Assembly (NCBI GenBank): GCA_964510885.1
Contig: CAZEDL010000002.1
Location: forward strand, 707-64,706
DNA length: 64,000 bases
Reading direction: 5' to 3'
From: an uncultured Gammaproteobacteria bacterium
GTDB lineage: Bacteria > Patescibacteriota > Patescibacteriia > Magasanikbacterales > GWA2-37-8
The position numbers were made by a program, and so were the translations under genes. Positions 38,042 to 48,355 of the stretch are shown here, piece by piece. The notes beneath the pieces were generated by a model, which was given only the letters and a program-made list of their open reading frames with translations, did not search any database and was not told the DNA's origin. How positions within the stretch are numbered: the first letter of the stretch is position 1; every line of letters starts with the position of its first letter.

Positions 38042-38689
38042 ATGGCTGTCACGCCGTCACTCATCCCGACAATTCTGACGAGCACTTTTGACGAATTCAA
38101 GCGTCAAGTTGGCTTGTTAGATGGTCTTGTACCCTACATTCAAATCGATGTGATGGACGGTCAATTTGTGCCGAATCAATCATTCCCAGACGTCGAAAAA
38201 GTTAACGATCTCGCCACGGATATGCCGTGGGAATTGCACCTCATGGTAAACCACCCCCTTCAAGAAATGCACAAATGGTCACAGATTAAACGGGTGCAGC
38301 GCGTCATTTTCCCTATTGAATCTCTGGATAATCCAGCAGCGTGTATTGCATTTGCGCGCGGCAAGTGCTGGCAGGTGGGAATCGTGCTGAACCCAGAGAC
38401 GCCCCTTGAAGCAGTTGAAAAATATCTTGATCAGATCGATGTTTTGATGTTTATGACAGTGCAGCCGGGCAAACAAGGGAATCCGTTTCTACTGGAGGTG
38501 GGAGAAAAAATTAAAGCCTTTACCAGTCGGCCCGAGCGGCCGCTGTGTGCGGTAGACGGAGCGGTGAGTGAACAAACGATTCCCCTATTAAAAAGTTGGG
38601 GGGTGGAAATTTTTAATGTGGGGAGTGCGCTGATGAAAGCGAGTGATCTTCGAGCTGCTTATGTAAAACTGCAGGCCGCTGTCTGTTAA
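38042..38689 (+). CDS. rpe: Ribulose-phosphate 3-epimerase
   Basis: IDVMDGQFVPN, LHLMV, LNPETP, MTVQPG, VDG. Confidence 0.9.
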   Translation: MAVTPSLIPTILTSTFDEFKRQVGLLDGLVPYIQIDVMDGQFVPNQSFPDVEKVNDLATDMPWELHLMVNHPLQEMHKWSQIKRVQRVIFPIESLDNPAACIAFARGKCWQVGIVLNPETPLEAVEKYLDQIDVLMFMTVQPGKQGNPFLLEVGEKIKAFTSRPERPLCAVDGAVSEQTIPLLKSWGVEIFNVGSALMKASDLRAAYVKLQAAVC

Positions 38690-38860
38690 TTTACCTAAAA
38701 TACCGAATTCAACCGCTCCCGCCCGATCTGCGATTTACTCCTAATACTAGGACCGCAACCCCCTACCCAAGCAAACCACCCTTAAATATGGAGCCATCCT
38801 GCCTCTTTGCTGCACTTAAGGGACTAAACTAAATTTATTGTTAATTTTCTGAATAAAAGT

Positions 38861-39220
38861 ATGTCTGAAAGATATATCACTCCCCAATCACCACTCACGG
38901 AGCATATTGGTGAAATTGACATCGCATTGACAGAAGCAGAATTACAAGCTAAACAACAGGAATTATTTCAAAAATACGGTTTTTCCCTATGGCAGCGGGT
39001 AACTTTGCCAGAAAGTTATGACAATGACGGATTCGGGAGCACGGCGATAGTAAGAGGTTTGGACATCGCCAATAATAAAGCACCTGACGAACTTGATCAT
39101 TATGGTCTGGACGTTTTGACTGACAGCAAGAACAATGGTGGAGATGCGCTACGTTTAACTGTTTCATTGCGCGAAATAATTAAGTTAAATCCTAAACTGG
39201 AACTTCCTAAACAAAAATAA
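38861..39220 (+). CDS. Hypothetical protein
   Basis: 119-aa ORF, 5 bp from trxB. Confidence 0.6.
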   Translation: MSERYITPQSPLTEHIGEIDIALTEAELQAKQQELFQKYGFSLWQRVTLPESYDNDGFGSTAIVRGLDIANNKAPDELDHYGLDVLTDSKNNGGDALRLTVSLREIIKLNPKLELPKQK

Positions 39221-39225
39221 TTTGT

Positions 39226-40173
39226 ATGCTTGATCTTGTCATTATCGGGGGAGCCGCGGTTGGCTGTAGCAGTGCCATTTATGCAGTACGCCGCAAATTA
39301 AATTTTCGAATGATTACGGAAAATATTGGTGGCGAAGTTGCCTTATCCGGACAAGTAAATAATTGGCCGGGGATTATTGATATTGAAGGGTATGATTTGG
39401 CACAGAAATTTGCCGAACATACGCGCAGTTATGGGGTGAATATCGAAGAGGGCTGGACAGTGACAGCGATTGAGCCGGTCAAAAAGTATCATATTGTAAA
39501 GGCGAAAAAGGCCAACGGCGAAATACTGGAAATGGAAACGAAAGCGGTAATTATCGGCACCGGTATTCATCCCCGGCGCCTAGGGGTGCTTGGCGAAGAC
39601 AAACTCGACAGAAAAGGCATCACCTATTGCACCGTCTGTGACGGGCCGCTTTATAAAAACAAAGTCACTGCCACGATCGGCGCTGGCAATAGCGCGCTTG
39701 AATCGGCCCTGATGATGGCCGGCATTTCGAAAGAAGTATATGTGCTTAGTAAATATCCTGAGTCTACGGCAGGCGGCTTTCCGAAAGGCGATGCGATTTT
39801 GGTCGACAAATTGAAAATGGCTCCGAATGTGAAATTTTTGTATGAAGTTGCTACCGAGGAGATTGTTGGCGACACCCGGGTACAGGGCTTAAAATATGCT
39901 GACAAACAAGGGGTTATCGCGCAGATTCCACTCGATGCGGTGATGGTACATATTGGCATGATTCCAAATTCATCATTCGTAAAAGGGGTGGTGGAGCTTG
40001 ATAGCCAGGGTCAAATTGTGGCCGATGCCAAATGCCGCACGAATGTGCCGGGAATATTTGCAGCTGGGGATGTGACTAATGTTCCGTATAAGCAGATTGG
40101 GATCGCGACTGGGCAAGGGATTGTGGCGGCACTGGCGGCGATTGAATATATTAATTTGTGGACAGAAGCTTAA
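39226..40173 (+). CDS. trxB: Thioredoxin-disulfide reductase family protein
   Basis: YCTVCDG, GAGNSALE, TNVPGIFAAGDV. Confidence 0.88.
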   Translation: MLDLVIIGGAAVGCSSAIYAVRRKLNFRMITENIGGEVALSGQVNNWPGIIDIEGYDLAQKFAEHTRSYGVNIEEGWTVTAIEPVKKYHIVKAKKANGEILEMETKAVIIGTGIHPRRLGVLGEDKLDRKGITYCTVCDGPLYKNKVTATIGAGNSALESALMMAGISKEVYVLSKYPESTAGGFPKGDAILVDKLKMAPNVKFLYEVATEEIVGDTRVQGLKYADKQGVIAQIPLDAVMVHIGMIPNSSFVKGVVELDSQGQIVADAKCRTNVPGIFAAGDVTNVPYKQIGIATGQGIVAALAAIEYINLWTEA

Positions 40174-40176
40174 TCT

Positions 40177-40410
40177 ATGCCCTGGCTTTTTAAACTACTT
40201 GGCGCGCTTGGGCTATTATTCATCACGGCCGGAGTATTCAAACGGCAGACTAGCCAAGCACTGCTATTCGCAGTCGGTGGCGGGTTACTGCTCATTTACA
40301 GCCTATACCTGCGTGATCCGGTGTTTATTCCGCTCCAGTTGGTATTTATTGGATCGAGCTTGTACCAATTTCACCAACTTAAAAAAATTGCTCACCCCCC
40401 TATTAATTAG
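40177..40410 (+). CDS. Small 3-TM membrane protein
   Basis: Hydrophobic; resembles the next ORF. Confidence 0.7.
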   Translation: MPWLFKLLGALGLLFITAGVFKRQTSQALLFAVGGGLLLIYSLYLRDPVFIPLQLVFIGSSLYQFHQLKKIAHPPIN

Positions 40411-40425
40411 TAACTTTTTTTATCT

Positions 40426-40758
40426 ATGGAATTTTTACTTTCGCATCTGCCTGATTTTTCTACCTGGACTAGCACCCAATTTATTATCTATTTAATTGCC
40501 GCGCTTGGAGTAATCATGCATATTTACGGCGTATTCCTCGAAACTGCTCGCAGGCAAGACTTGGTATTTTGGATCGCGGGCGGATGTTTGTTTGTTTATG
40601 CAACATATATCGGCGACAAGCTGCTCGCCGTGGCGATGTTCGGATTTGCACTCGCCAGTATGATTAAGCTCATCGAAATTATGCGCGGCACGTACCATCA
40701 TGCACCAGCGGTGAAAGATCCGAAAGGGAAGATTTATAAAGTGAATCATGAATCTTAA
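40426..40758 (+). CDS. Small 3-TM membrane protein
   Basis: Hydrophobic; ALG..GV..GG..Y..D pattern shared with the previous ORF. Confidence 0.7.
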   Translation: MEFLLSHLPDFSTWTSTQFIIYLIAALGVIMHIYGVFLETARRQDLVFWIAGGCLFVYATYIGDKLLAVAMFGFALASMIKLIEIMRGTYHHAPAVKDPKGKIYKVNHES

Positions 40759-40772
40759 GGCGTGAATCGGAT

Positions 40773-41144
40773 ATGGAAAACCGAGGGGATTTTCATGAAC
40801 AACTTAAAAATCTAATGGATACGTTTGTACATCGAGTATACGATTGTACACAGCAATTTCCACGAGAGGAACTATTTGGCACCACTTCACAATTGCGACG
40901 AGCCGCGTTATCGGTGATTCTTAATTATATTGAGGGATACGCTCGAAACAGATCGGTCGCAGTACATAGAAATTTTTTGGATATTTCTTATGGGTCTCTG
41001 CGAGAGAGTCGCTATTTAGTTGAATTTTCTCATAAACGCGCTTATCTCTCTACCAAAGATTACCAAGAATTGACAGCGCTCAACGATCGAATCGGAGCCA
41101 TGTTGTGGGGAATTCTCTCACGAATGAGAGATACTAATCGCTAA
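40773..41144 (+). CDS. Four-helix bundle (23S rRNA IVP-like) protein flanked by inverted heptamer repeats
   Basis: FPREELFGTTSQLRRAALSVILNYIEG, ISYGSLRE; IRs at 40741-40768 and 41146-41173. Confidence 0.9.
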   Translation: MENRGDFHEQLKNLMDTFVHRVYDCTQQFPREELFGTTSQLRRAALSVILNYIEGYARNRSVAVHRNFLDISYGSLRESRYLVEFSHKRAYLSTKDYQELTALNDRIGAMLWGILSRMRDTNR

Positions 41145-41177
41145 ACACGCGATTCAAGATTCATGATTTACGAACTT

Positions 41178-42164
41178 ATGTTCAACATCCTCGCCATCGG
41201 CGACCCGATTATTGACACCCATGTACAGATCGAAGACACTTCTACAGAATGTCACTTAGCAGAGAGTAATACCCTGCTGTGTCTTAATTACGGCCACAAA
41301 ATCCCGATCGTTGATAGTTTTCAGAATCTTGGTGGCAATGCGCCTAATGTAGCGATCGGAGCGGCTCGACTTGGCTTATCCGCGGCAGTCCTCTCTACTG
41401 TGGGGGATGATGCCTATGGGCGACTAGCGATGCAAGATTTACAAAAACAGGCTGTGGATACAAGCCTGATCTCCATCGATCCGGAGCATAAAACACGCTA
41501 TTCAATGGTGCTTAATTATAAAGGCGAGCGTACTATTTTGTCTTACTCAGAAGAAAAGAATTACGCCTGGCCAGAAGCGGTGCCACCTGCCGACTGGGTA
41601 TACTACACTGGATTATCTAAGGGGTTTGAAGTGATCCAGGAAAAATTACTCGCCTATCTCACTCGTCACCCCACGGCCCGGCTAGCTGTAAATCCAGGGT
41701 CGTATTTAATGAAATATGCTAAAGAAAGATTATGCGAGGTGTTGCCGCGGACCGACCTATTGATCGTTAACTTGGAAGAAGCCGAAGCAATCTTGAACAC
41801 CACGCTTGAGGCAGAAAAAGGAGTGGGTGGGATTATTAATAAATTACTTGGGGAAGGGGCGAAAGAAGTGGTGCTCACCGACGGGCCCCGGGGCGCTTGG
41901 GCAGGAAATGCCGAAGTTACCTATTTTTTGAAACCGTTTCCGGTGCCAATCAGGTCAAAAACTGGCGCGGGCGATGCCTTTTCTTCGGCCTATATTGCTG
42001 CCCGATTCTATGGTGGCGATATGCGGCAGGGCCTACTGTGGGGCAGTGCTAATAGCGCCGGGGTGGTGCAAGCGCACGGGCCACATGAAGGTTTGCTTGA
42101 TGCACGTGGGATTCAGGCGATTCTAAAACAGTATTCTTTGATTTACCCAACCATACTAGCCTAG
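41178..42164 (+). CDS. PfkB family carbohydrate kinase
   Basis: GGNAPNVAIG, VGDDAYG, TDGPRG, TGAGDAF. Confidence 0.92.
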   Translation: MFNILAIGDPIIDTHVQIEDTSTECHLAESNTLLCLNYGHKIPIVDSFQNLGGNAPNVAIGAARLGLSAAVLSTVGDDAYGRLAMQDLQKQAVDTSLISIDPEHKTRYSMVLNYKGERTILSYSEEKNYAWPEAVPPADWVYYTGLSKGFEVIQEKLLAYLTRHPTARLAVNPGSYLMKYAKERLCEVLPRTDLLIVNLEEAEAILNTTLEAEKGVGGIINKLLGEGAKEVVLTDGPRGAWAGNAEVTYFLKPFPVPIRSKTGAGDAFSSAYIAARFYGGDMRQGLLWGSANSAGVVQAHGPHEGLLDARGIQAILKQYSLIYPTILA

Positions 42165-42170
42165 ATAGGT

Positions 42171-42734
42171 ATGCGAAATTTTTTCAAACGGGGCGAGCGG
42201 CCGGATCTTAAAAATTTAGCAGCGGCCATATCACAACGGGCGGAAGCGGATGGTGAACTTGCAAGCCTTACCAATCCAGAGCGGCAAAGCCGCGCTGACG
42301 CAGCTGCCTGGGAGCGACTTGAAGCAGAGGTTGAAGAAGACAGCAGACAACCAACTCCCGAACAGATTAAATGTTATAAAAAACTGGCCGAATCTTTGGC
42401 CGGCAGTACTTGGCTGCCTATTAGTAGTCAGAGACCTGAAGATTTGCAATTACCTTTTCCGGTGATAGTACGGATACTGACCATGGGAGCGCCTAAAGGC
42501 AAAAGCGCGACTACCAGCAGCTTTGGAATTGTAGGCTTGCCTAAAACAGGCTCGGCAGATGAGTGGAGGGACTTTTTTGATTTACCCCTAAAATACCAAA
42601 AAAAGATTGCCACCACAGCGGGCTACCCCTCTCTTTTTTGGGATGCGAGAACTGCTGATTTTCCCAGATCAGCTGTGTATTTCTTGGCTAGAGACGGTTC
42701 TGAACTGAAGGAAAAATTTGAGCATTCACTGTAA
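42171..42734 (+). CDS. Hypothetical protein
   Basis: 187-aa ORF, 6 bp after pfkB. Confidence 0.6.
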   Translation: MRNFFKRGERPDLKNLAAAISQRAEADGELASLTNPERQSRADAAAWERLEAEVEEDSRQPTPEQIKCYKKLAESLAGSTWLPISSQRPEDLQLPFPVIVRILTMGAPKGKSATTSSFGIVGLPKTGSADEWRDFFDLPLKYQKKIATTAGYPSLFWDARTADFPRSAVYFLARDGSELKEKFEHSL

Positions 42735-43238
42735 TGCTGAAACAATCGCTCGCCCAAACTCCCGCGCGGCCGCTGGTCCTTCGGCAGTTATCAGCATCCC
42801 GTCTACTACTACCGGCTCACGCACATAGATCGCGCCGCTGGTGAACAAAATTTCAGGCAGCTCATTATCTCCGTTCCAACCGGTAGCGTGTTTACTCGCC
42901 AGCACTCCGGCGTTAGCCAAGATACGTGGCGAAATACAGATAGCGCCCCACGGTTTGCCGCTTCCTGCGGCTTCTTTAATGACTCGGTACGATTCTTCAT
43001 TATCTAAGTTTTCCAAAGCTCCCGGACCGCCAATAAAAAAGATGCCACCGTAATCATTGATTTGCACGTCGGTCAGAACCATATCAACTGGTTGCGTGCC
43101 ACCGGTTTTGTCTGTAGCTGTTCCGGATTTATTACTTCCCGTTATTACTTCAAAACCAGCTTGTTCCAAAATCTGTTTCGGTTCGCTGTATTCTACCGGC
43201 TGAAAACCGCTGTGGGCGATGATGAGGAGGATTTTTTC
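42726..43238 (-). CDS. DJ-1/PfpI family protein lacking a canonical start at its N-terminus (possible pseudogene)
   Basis: In-frame KILLIIAHSGFQPVEY upstream of the first TTG; FIGGPGA, GAICISP, VVVDG..ITA. Confidence 0.8.
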   Translation of the reverse strand, partial: EKILLIIAHSGFQPVEYSEPKQILEQAGFEVITGSNKSGTATDKTGGTQPVDMVLTDVQINDYGGIFFIGGPGALENLDNEESYRVIKEAAGSGKPWGAICISPRILANAGVLASKHATGWNGDNELPEILFTSGAIYVREPVVVDGMLITAEGPAAAREFGRAIVSALQ

Positions 43239-43405
43239 AGATAAATGTTCTTTTAAATTGAAACTTCTTACTCTGCTGTACCTGATTTACTCAAAAATCT
43301 CGAGAACATGTTCTAAAACATGTACAAGTTTTTACCAGAAGGAAGCTTGCTATTTTATATACACACTCGTCCTCCTAGGAGGGAATACTGTGTAAAAACC
43401 TCTTA

Positions 43406-45046
43406 TTATTTCTGCCTGTCTATCATTTCATCTACTGAAACATCGAGATCTCTTCCACTCTTCCAGATGTCTTTCACCTGCTCTAATCGTTTCACTTGTG
43501 CCGCAACTGCTTCGACCGACTGACGCACGCTCACCATGTCACTATCTAATCCGCTCAATGTTGTATAAAAAAGATTCTCTCTATCAGAGGCAGATTCTAT
43601 TGAACGAATCTCTGCAAGCTTCTTTTCTATTCCAGGTCGTAGCTCCTGTAATCGAGTGCTACGTTCTGCCAATTCTTGTTCTGCTTGTGAAATACTTTGA
43701 CGGTACTCATCTGCTTGAGAGGTGAGATCACTCTGGTATCCTGCCTGCTGATTAATTTCTTGTTCCAATTCCTGATCCCGCTGTTGGTCCTTTGGTTTTT
43801 TGCTGAACAATTTTTTCGGCAGCTGGGCACGTTGCTCTTTCAGCTCATCTAAGCTACGCTGAGCAGCTTGCAAATTGAGTTCGCTTCCTGATAAATGACG
43901 GCTGTTTACTAATAATTGATCCAAAATTTTATACGCATCTTCAAAGAGAGATGCTGTTTGCTGAAGCTTTTTTAATCGGGTTTGCTGGATTTCAGCCTCG
44001 CCTACGGCACTAGCAAGCATTCGCTCCAATTCAGGCAATTTATTTGCCAAGGCTCTTTTGTTATAATCTTCATTTTCCGCTAGTGCCTGGCTGTGAATTG
44101 CCCCATGAACATCTACTCGATACTCACTCTTACGCAAGCGCTGTTCGAGACTTGCCCGATCTTCCTTATTTATAATCGACTCGTCCACAATTTTGCGCTC
44201 CTGGGGAGAAAAAGTGGCTATAATTCTTTCTTCAGGAATTTCAGTTAAATCAACTCCCTGAGCGCCGTTGTAAATGAGCACACTTTTATTCTGTTCAGGA
44301 TTTTTTTTATTACTATAGTCAAAACGCAATGCGCAATTTCTAATTTTGTCTATTTGATCTGCCTGCAATTTTACTTCTTTCCAACCTCTTCCTTTTTCTA
44401 GAAGGTCCTCCAATTCTTCCTTAAATTTAGTTACATACTCATTATAAATGCGGGCATTATTAAAAATGCCTCTGGGCATACCTCTTAAATGACGGGCCCC
44501 TTCTTCAAAAGAATGAACTACTTGGCTGCTATCGCGTGCTTCGAGCGCCCAATGATTGACAAAATTCCTCGCAGATCCTTTAGCATGATCGCGGTAACTT
44601 TCTACAACCTCTTGCATTCGTCTTTCATCTTGAACATAGTTCCAAACGGCGTCTATCCTAGACTGGGAAATTTCCCGCTCTCCCATATATGCTTTGGCTG
44701 TATCAGACAATTGACGCATATCTCTTTTTGATCGATCTAACACGCGAAGGTCTTCTGTAATTGAATCACGAAGAGCTTGAATTTTTAGCTGCCAAATTTG
44801 AGCATTTTCAGCCGTGGCACGTGGAATTTCTTCTGTTTCAATCCGATGTATCTCATGTTTTGCGGCTTGAATTTTACCGGAAATTTCTTCTATTTGGCGG
44901 GCCAATTGGCCTGATTCTTGATATCCCGTCTCCAACTTAGCAACAACTGCAGAGGTGCTTTGGCCACCGAGTTCGTGCCCAGTAAGTGGTTCTAAAAAAC
45001 TTTTCTCACCGGCTGCCGTCCCTGATTGTTTAAATGTTTCGGCCAC
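43406..45046 (-). CDS. Coiled-coil hypothetical protein
   Basis: 546 aa; E/K/Q-rich heptads. Confidence 0.75.
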   Translation of the reverse strand: MAETFKQSGTAAGEKSFLEPLTGHELGGQSTSAVVAKLETGYQESGQLARQIEEISGKIQAAKHEIHRIETEEIPRATAENAQIWQLKIQALRDSITEDLRVLDRSKRDMRQLSDTAKAYMGEREISQSRIDAVWNYVQDERRMQEVVESYRDHAKGSARNFVNHWALEARDSSQVVHSFEEGARHLRGMPRGIFNNARIYNEYVTKFKEELEDLLEKGRGWKEVKLQADQIDKIRNCALRFDYSNKKNPEQNKSVLIYNGAQGVDLTEIPEERIIATFSPQERKIVDESIINKEDRASLEQRLRKSEYRVDVHGAIHSQALAENEDYNKRALANKLPELERMLASAVGEAEIQQTRLKKLQQTASLFEDAYKILDQLLVNSRHLSGSELNLQAAQRSLDELKEQRAQLPKKLFSKKPKDQQRDQELEQEINQQAGYQSDLTSQADEYRQSISQAEQELAERSTRLQELRPGIEKKLAEIRSIESASDRENLFYTTLSGLDSDMVSVRQSVEAVAAQVKRLEQVKDIWKSGRDLDVSVDEMIDRQK

Positions 45047-45146
45047 ATGTTTATTACTTATGATTTTAACTATTAAAAAATTTTGCTGGTGCCAATTTTT
45101 TATTTTTGCTTAAATTTTTATCCTAAACAGACACGCTCCTATTCCT

Positions 45147-46142
45147 TTACGGCAACGACTGTTCGTACTGCTCATTCGCCAATTTTTTAACCCACTGCCA
45201 GTATTTTACGATAAAATTTGCACCCTTATGGTGATCACCGCCTGGAGCTGTGGAATCTCCAGCTGTCTCTACCGCGGCTGCAAGCGCCGGACAGCCTAGC
45301 TTTATTCGCCTAGAGTCTGGCTTTTGCAAGCCATCTACAGCTTGCTGAGTAAAATCAAGCCCCAGTGTTCCGGCTTCTACATCCCCACTTAGCTGAAAAA
45401 ATTCTGGGTTGAAAGAATCAAAACGATTTTTAAAACCGGGGCGAATATGTGTTAGACGGGTTCGGAGCTGCCTGAGAACACTTCCATGTTCGCGAGCAAT
45501 TGCTATAAACGGGCCGGCTGATTTATCAAGTGTTTTTTGGAACTCGACAGGAGTTGGCATGCGACCAAATTGTTTTTTAAATAATGTGGGGATAATACGC
45601 GCAGTGGCCCACATAAAATCGGAAGCATTATTAACTGCTCCTGCCAAACGAGTGCTTACGACAGCGTCTATCGTGTCTGCTTCAGCAATCACGTTTCGAC
45701 GATTAACCAATAAAGTTTGTTTGAAACGATTATACCTCTTCAGCGAGTCATCCCATTCGCCTTCGGGGAGCTCGTCTAATTGTTTCTCTTTATTTTCACA
45801 CTGGCTCGCCAATAAACCGCGAAGAACAAATTCAGAATATTCTTGAGCGGCAAATGACTGATCCTTACCACGCTCTTCGGCTAAAGCATGAAATTTTCCT
45901 AACCATATTGCGTGTTCTTCTGGCGACATTGATTCTATACACGCAAACGTGTCTGGACCAAGATCTTCGAGAACTATGGCAGCGCTCTTAAAAAGCTCCG
46001 TTTCTACCATCTTCCAAGGACCATGTTCGGGAATCAAATCGCCAAGCGGCCCCAGATCAAGGTTATGTTTTTCACGTCTTAAATTAACCTGCTCCCACCC
46101 GTCACTTAACCTGGCCAGCTGCCCGAATATTCTTTCCGGCAT
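45147..46142 (-). CDS. Hypothetical protein
   Basis: 331-aa ORF with GCPA motif, directly after speB. Confidence 0.7.
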   Translation of the reverse strand: MPERIFGQLARLSDGWEQVNLRREKHNLDLGPLGDLIPEHGPWKMVETELFKSAAIVLEDLGPDTFACIESMSPEEHAIWLGKFHALAEERGKDQSFAAQEYSEFVLRGLLASQCENKEKQLDELPEGEWDDSLKRYNRFKQTLLVNRRNVIAEADTIDAVVSTRLAGAVNNASDFMWATARIIPTLFKKQFGRMPTPVEFQKTLDKSAGPFIAIAREHGSVLRQLRTRLTHIRPGFKNRFDSFNPEFFQLSGDVEAGTLGLDFTQQAVDGLQKPDSRRIKLGCPALAAAVETAGDSTAPGGDHHKGANFIVKYWQWVKKLANEQYEQSLP

Positions 46143-46149
46143 AATGGGA

Positions 46150-47226
46150 TTATAACTTCCCTTGACTTTTAGCCATCAGGTTGGCAAGCCGGTACATGGC
46201 CCGGGCGCCTACAATACTGTCCCAATCATCTTTTACTCCCGGAGCGACTTCGCAGAGATCAAAGCCGATAATGGTTTTGCCTTGTTTAATAAGCATTTCA
46301 ACCAAGTAAAATACTTGTTCAAATTCGAGCCCGCCAGGAACCGGTGTACCGGTGTGCGGGCAGAGGGCCGGGTCAAGCGCGTCAATATCAAAGCTGATAT
46401 ACACTTTATCTGACAGCGGCTTAGTTATTTCGGTGCAGAGCTGTTTCCAGGTGGCGCCTTCGTAGGCGCGGCGCTTTAAATTAATATCATCAAAGGCAAT
46501 TATCTTGCCGTTTGAATCTTTGATCCGGTTGGCTTCTTGCTCGCTGTAATCCCGGATGCCGAGGAGCACAAATTGATCGATGTTTTTGATATTTTTATAA
46601 GCATTGTACTGAATCGAAGCATGTGAGAATTCAAACCCTTCAAAGGCTTCACGCATATCGGCATGGGCATCGATATGTAACATAGAAAAGCTGTCATATT
46701 TTTCAGACAAGGCTTTCATATACCCTTGCGGCACGCTGTGTTCGCCGCCCATCACGCAGACGCTTTTCCCGGCGGCTAATAATTTTTTACTTTCTTTGTA
46801 GACCCAGTCATTTAATTCGCGGCCGGCGGCATTGATTTCATCGTAGTATTTTTTAACTTTTTTATCGGCGGGATTTCCACCGGCATAGAGATGGTCCAAA
46901 CACTTTTCAGCTTTGGGGCGCAGCAGGTTATTTTTCTTTTGCCAATAACTGGAGATGGGGAGCATGCCGATGCCTAGTTTCCAAGCATCTGGAATGTCCT
47001 GATTATATAAATCAATCTGATACGATGCATTGATCATCGTTGCGGGCCCTTTCGCGGTGCCGGTGCGGTAAGATACAGTGACTTCCCAGGGCATGGGAAT
47101 GACTACTACTTCGGATTCATCGTTAGTAAACGGCAAGCCGAAAATATTACTACCTTCGACTGAAAAAGCACTAGGATCAAATGAAGAAATTTTTTTGTTT
47201 TTTTTATCGATATTTTTTTGATCCAT
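46150..47226 (-). CDS. speB: Agmatinase/ureohydrolase
   Basis: GGEHS, DAHAD, SFDIDALDP, TGTPVPGG. Confidence 0.9.
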   Translation of the reverse strand: MDQKNIDKKNKKISSFDPSAFSVEGSNIFGLPFTNDESEVVVIPMPWEVTVSYRTGTAKGPATMINASYQIDLYNQDIPDAWKLGIGMLPISSYWQKKNNLLRPKAEKCLDHLYAGGNPADKKVKKYYDEINAAGRELNDWVYKESKKLLAAGKSVCVMGGEHSVPQGYMKALSEKYDSFSMLHIDAHADMREAFEGFEFSHASIQYNAYKNIKNIDQFVLLGIRDYSEQEANRIKDSNGKIIAFDDINLKRRAYEGATWKQLCTEITKPLSDKVYISFDIDALDPALCPHTGTPVPGGLEFEQVFYLVEMLIKQGKTIIGFDLCEVAPGVKDDWDSIVGARAMYRLANLMAKSQGKL

Positions 47227-47234
47227 AGAGCCTA

Positions 47235-48344
47235 TTAGAGATCAAGCAATACCGCCGCAATCCACGGGAATACTACGGTGGCGTCGCTCTGAATGATTTG
47301 ATAATAGCTCTTAGTTGATAATTTATCCCAAGTGATTTTTTCTTTACCACCGGCGCCAGAGTAGGAGCCATAGGACATTGGGGATGAGCCAATTTCTATA
47401 AACCCAGCCCAGTCGCGTACTTTGCTGTGAAGCTGTAGATCGTGTTTGATAGACGGGACTACGCAAATAGGGAAATCGGCGGCAATACCGCCACCAAGCT
47501 GCAAGAAAGCGATTGGACTATTCTTGGACTCGGCCATGTACCAATCGTAGAGCCAGGTGAAGTAATCAAGGCCAGTTTTCATTACGCGCGGGCTGACGGT
47601 GGGGCTATTTTTATTTTTATATTTACCATTGTAGGTGTAACTGGCAAAGACGTTGCCCATGGTGGAATCTTCAAAGCCAGGAATCACAATGGGGACATTT
47701 TTTTCGTAGGCGGCGTAGGTCCAGCAGTCATTCGGATTAGCAGCTTTATCTGGCTTGATTAGTCCTTCCGCAAATAAGCGACGGAAATATTCGTGCGGGA
47801 AATAGCTCTCCCCTGTCTTCTCGGCTTCTTTCCACATTTTTAATAGGTGCGGCTCCATGATGCGTACACTTTCATCTTCGGGCAGGAAGGTGTCTGTAAT
47901 ACGGCGGAGGCCCGCGTCGCGGAGTTCGGCTTCTTGGTCGGGGGTCAATTCGGTATAGCGTGGGATGTACGAATAGTGGGAATGCGCTACATAGCGGTAA
48001 TACGATTCTTCGTGGTTGGCTCCCGTGGCCGAAATCATATGTACTTTACCTTGGCGGATCAGTTCGGCTAGCATGACCCCCACCTGGAACGAGCTAAGGG
48101 CTCCAGAGATAGTAACCACCAGTTTACCGCCTTTTTTGAGGTGGTCTTTGAGCCAGAGTGCTGCCTGCAGTGTAGATCCTGCGTTGCAGTGATTGAGGGT
48201 ATTCATGGCATAGGCCGATACCGGACTAACGCTCTTTTTTACGGCTTGGCTGATCGTGCCGCCCGACAAAATACGCGTGTTATTTTCCGGGACTATCATT
48301 TTTTTGAGTCCGGCGGACAGTTTGGAAAGTTTGGCTTTGGACAT
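47235..48344 (-). CDS. Deoxyhypusine synthase-like protein (homospermidine pathway)
   Basis: SATGANHEE, PGFEDST, GGGIAADF, GSYSGA..EKITWDK, SDAT. Confidence 0.88.
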   Translation of the reverse strand: MSKAKLSKLSAGLKKMIVPENNTRILSGGTISQAVKKSVSPVSAYAMNTLNHCNAGSTLQAALWLKDHLKKGGKLVVTISGALSSFQVGVMLAELIRQGKVHMISATGANHEESYYRYVAHSHYSYIPRYTELTPDQEAELRDAGLRRITDTFLPEDESVRIMEPHLLKMWKEAEKTGESYFPHEYFRRLFAEGLIKPDKAANPNDCWTYAAYEKNVPIVIPGFEDSTMGNVFASYTYNGKYKNKNSPTVSPRVMKTGLDYFTWLYDWYMAESKNSPIAFLQLGGGIAADFPICVVPSIKHDLQLHSKVRDWAGFIEIGSSPMSYGSYSGAGGKEKITWDKLSTKSYYQIIQSDATVVFPWIAAVLLDL

Positions 48345-48355
48345 AGGATGAAAAA

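Noticed and set aside
40773-41144. DGR Avd accessory gene
   Set aside because: No reverse transcriptase or TR/VR pair in the window
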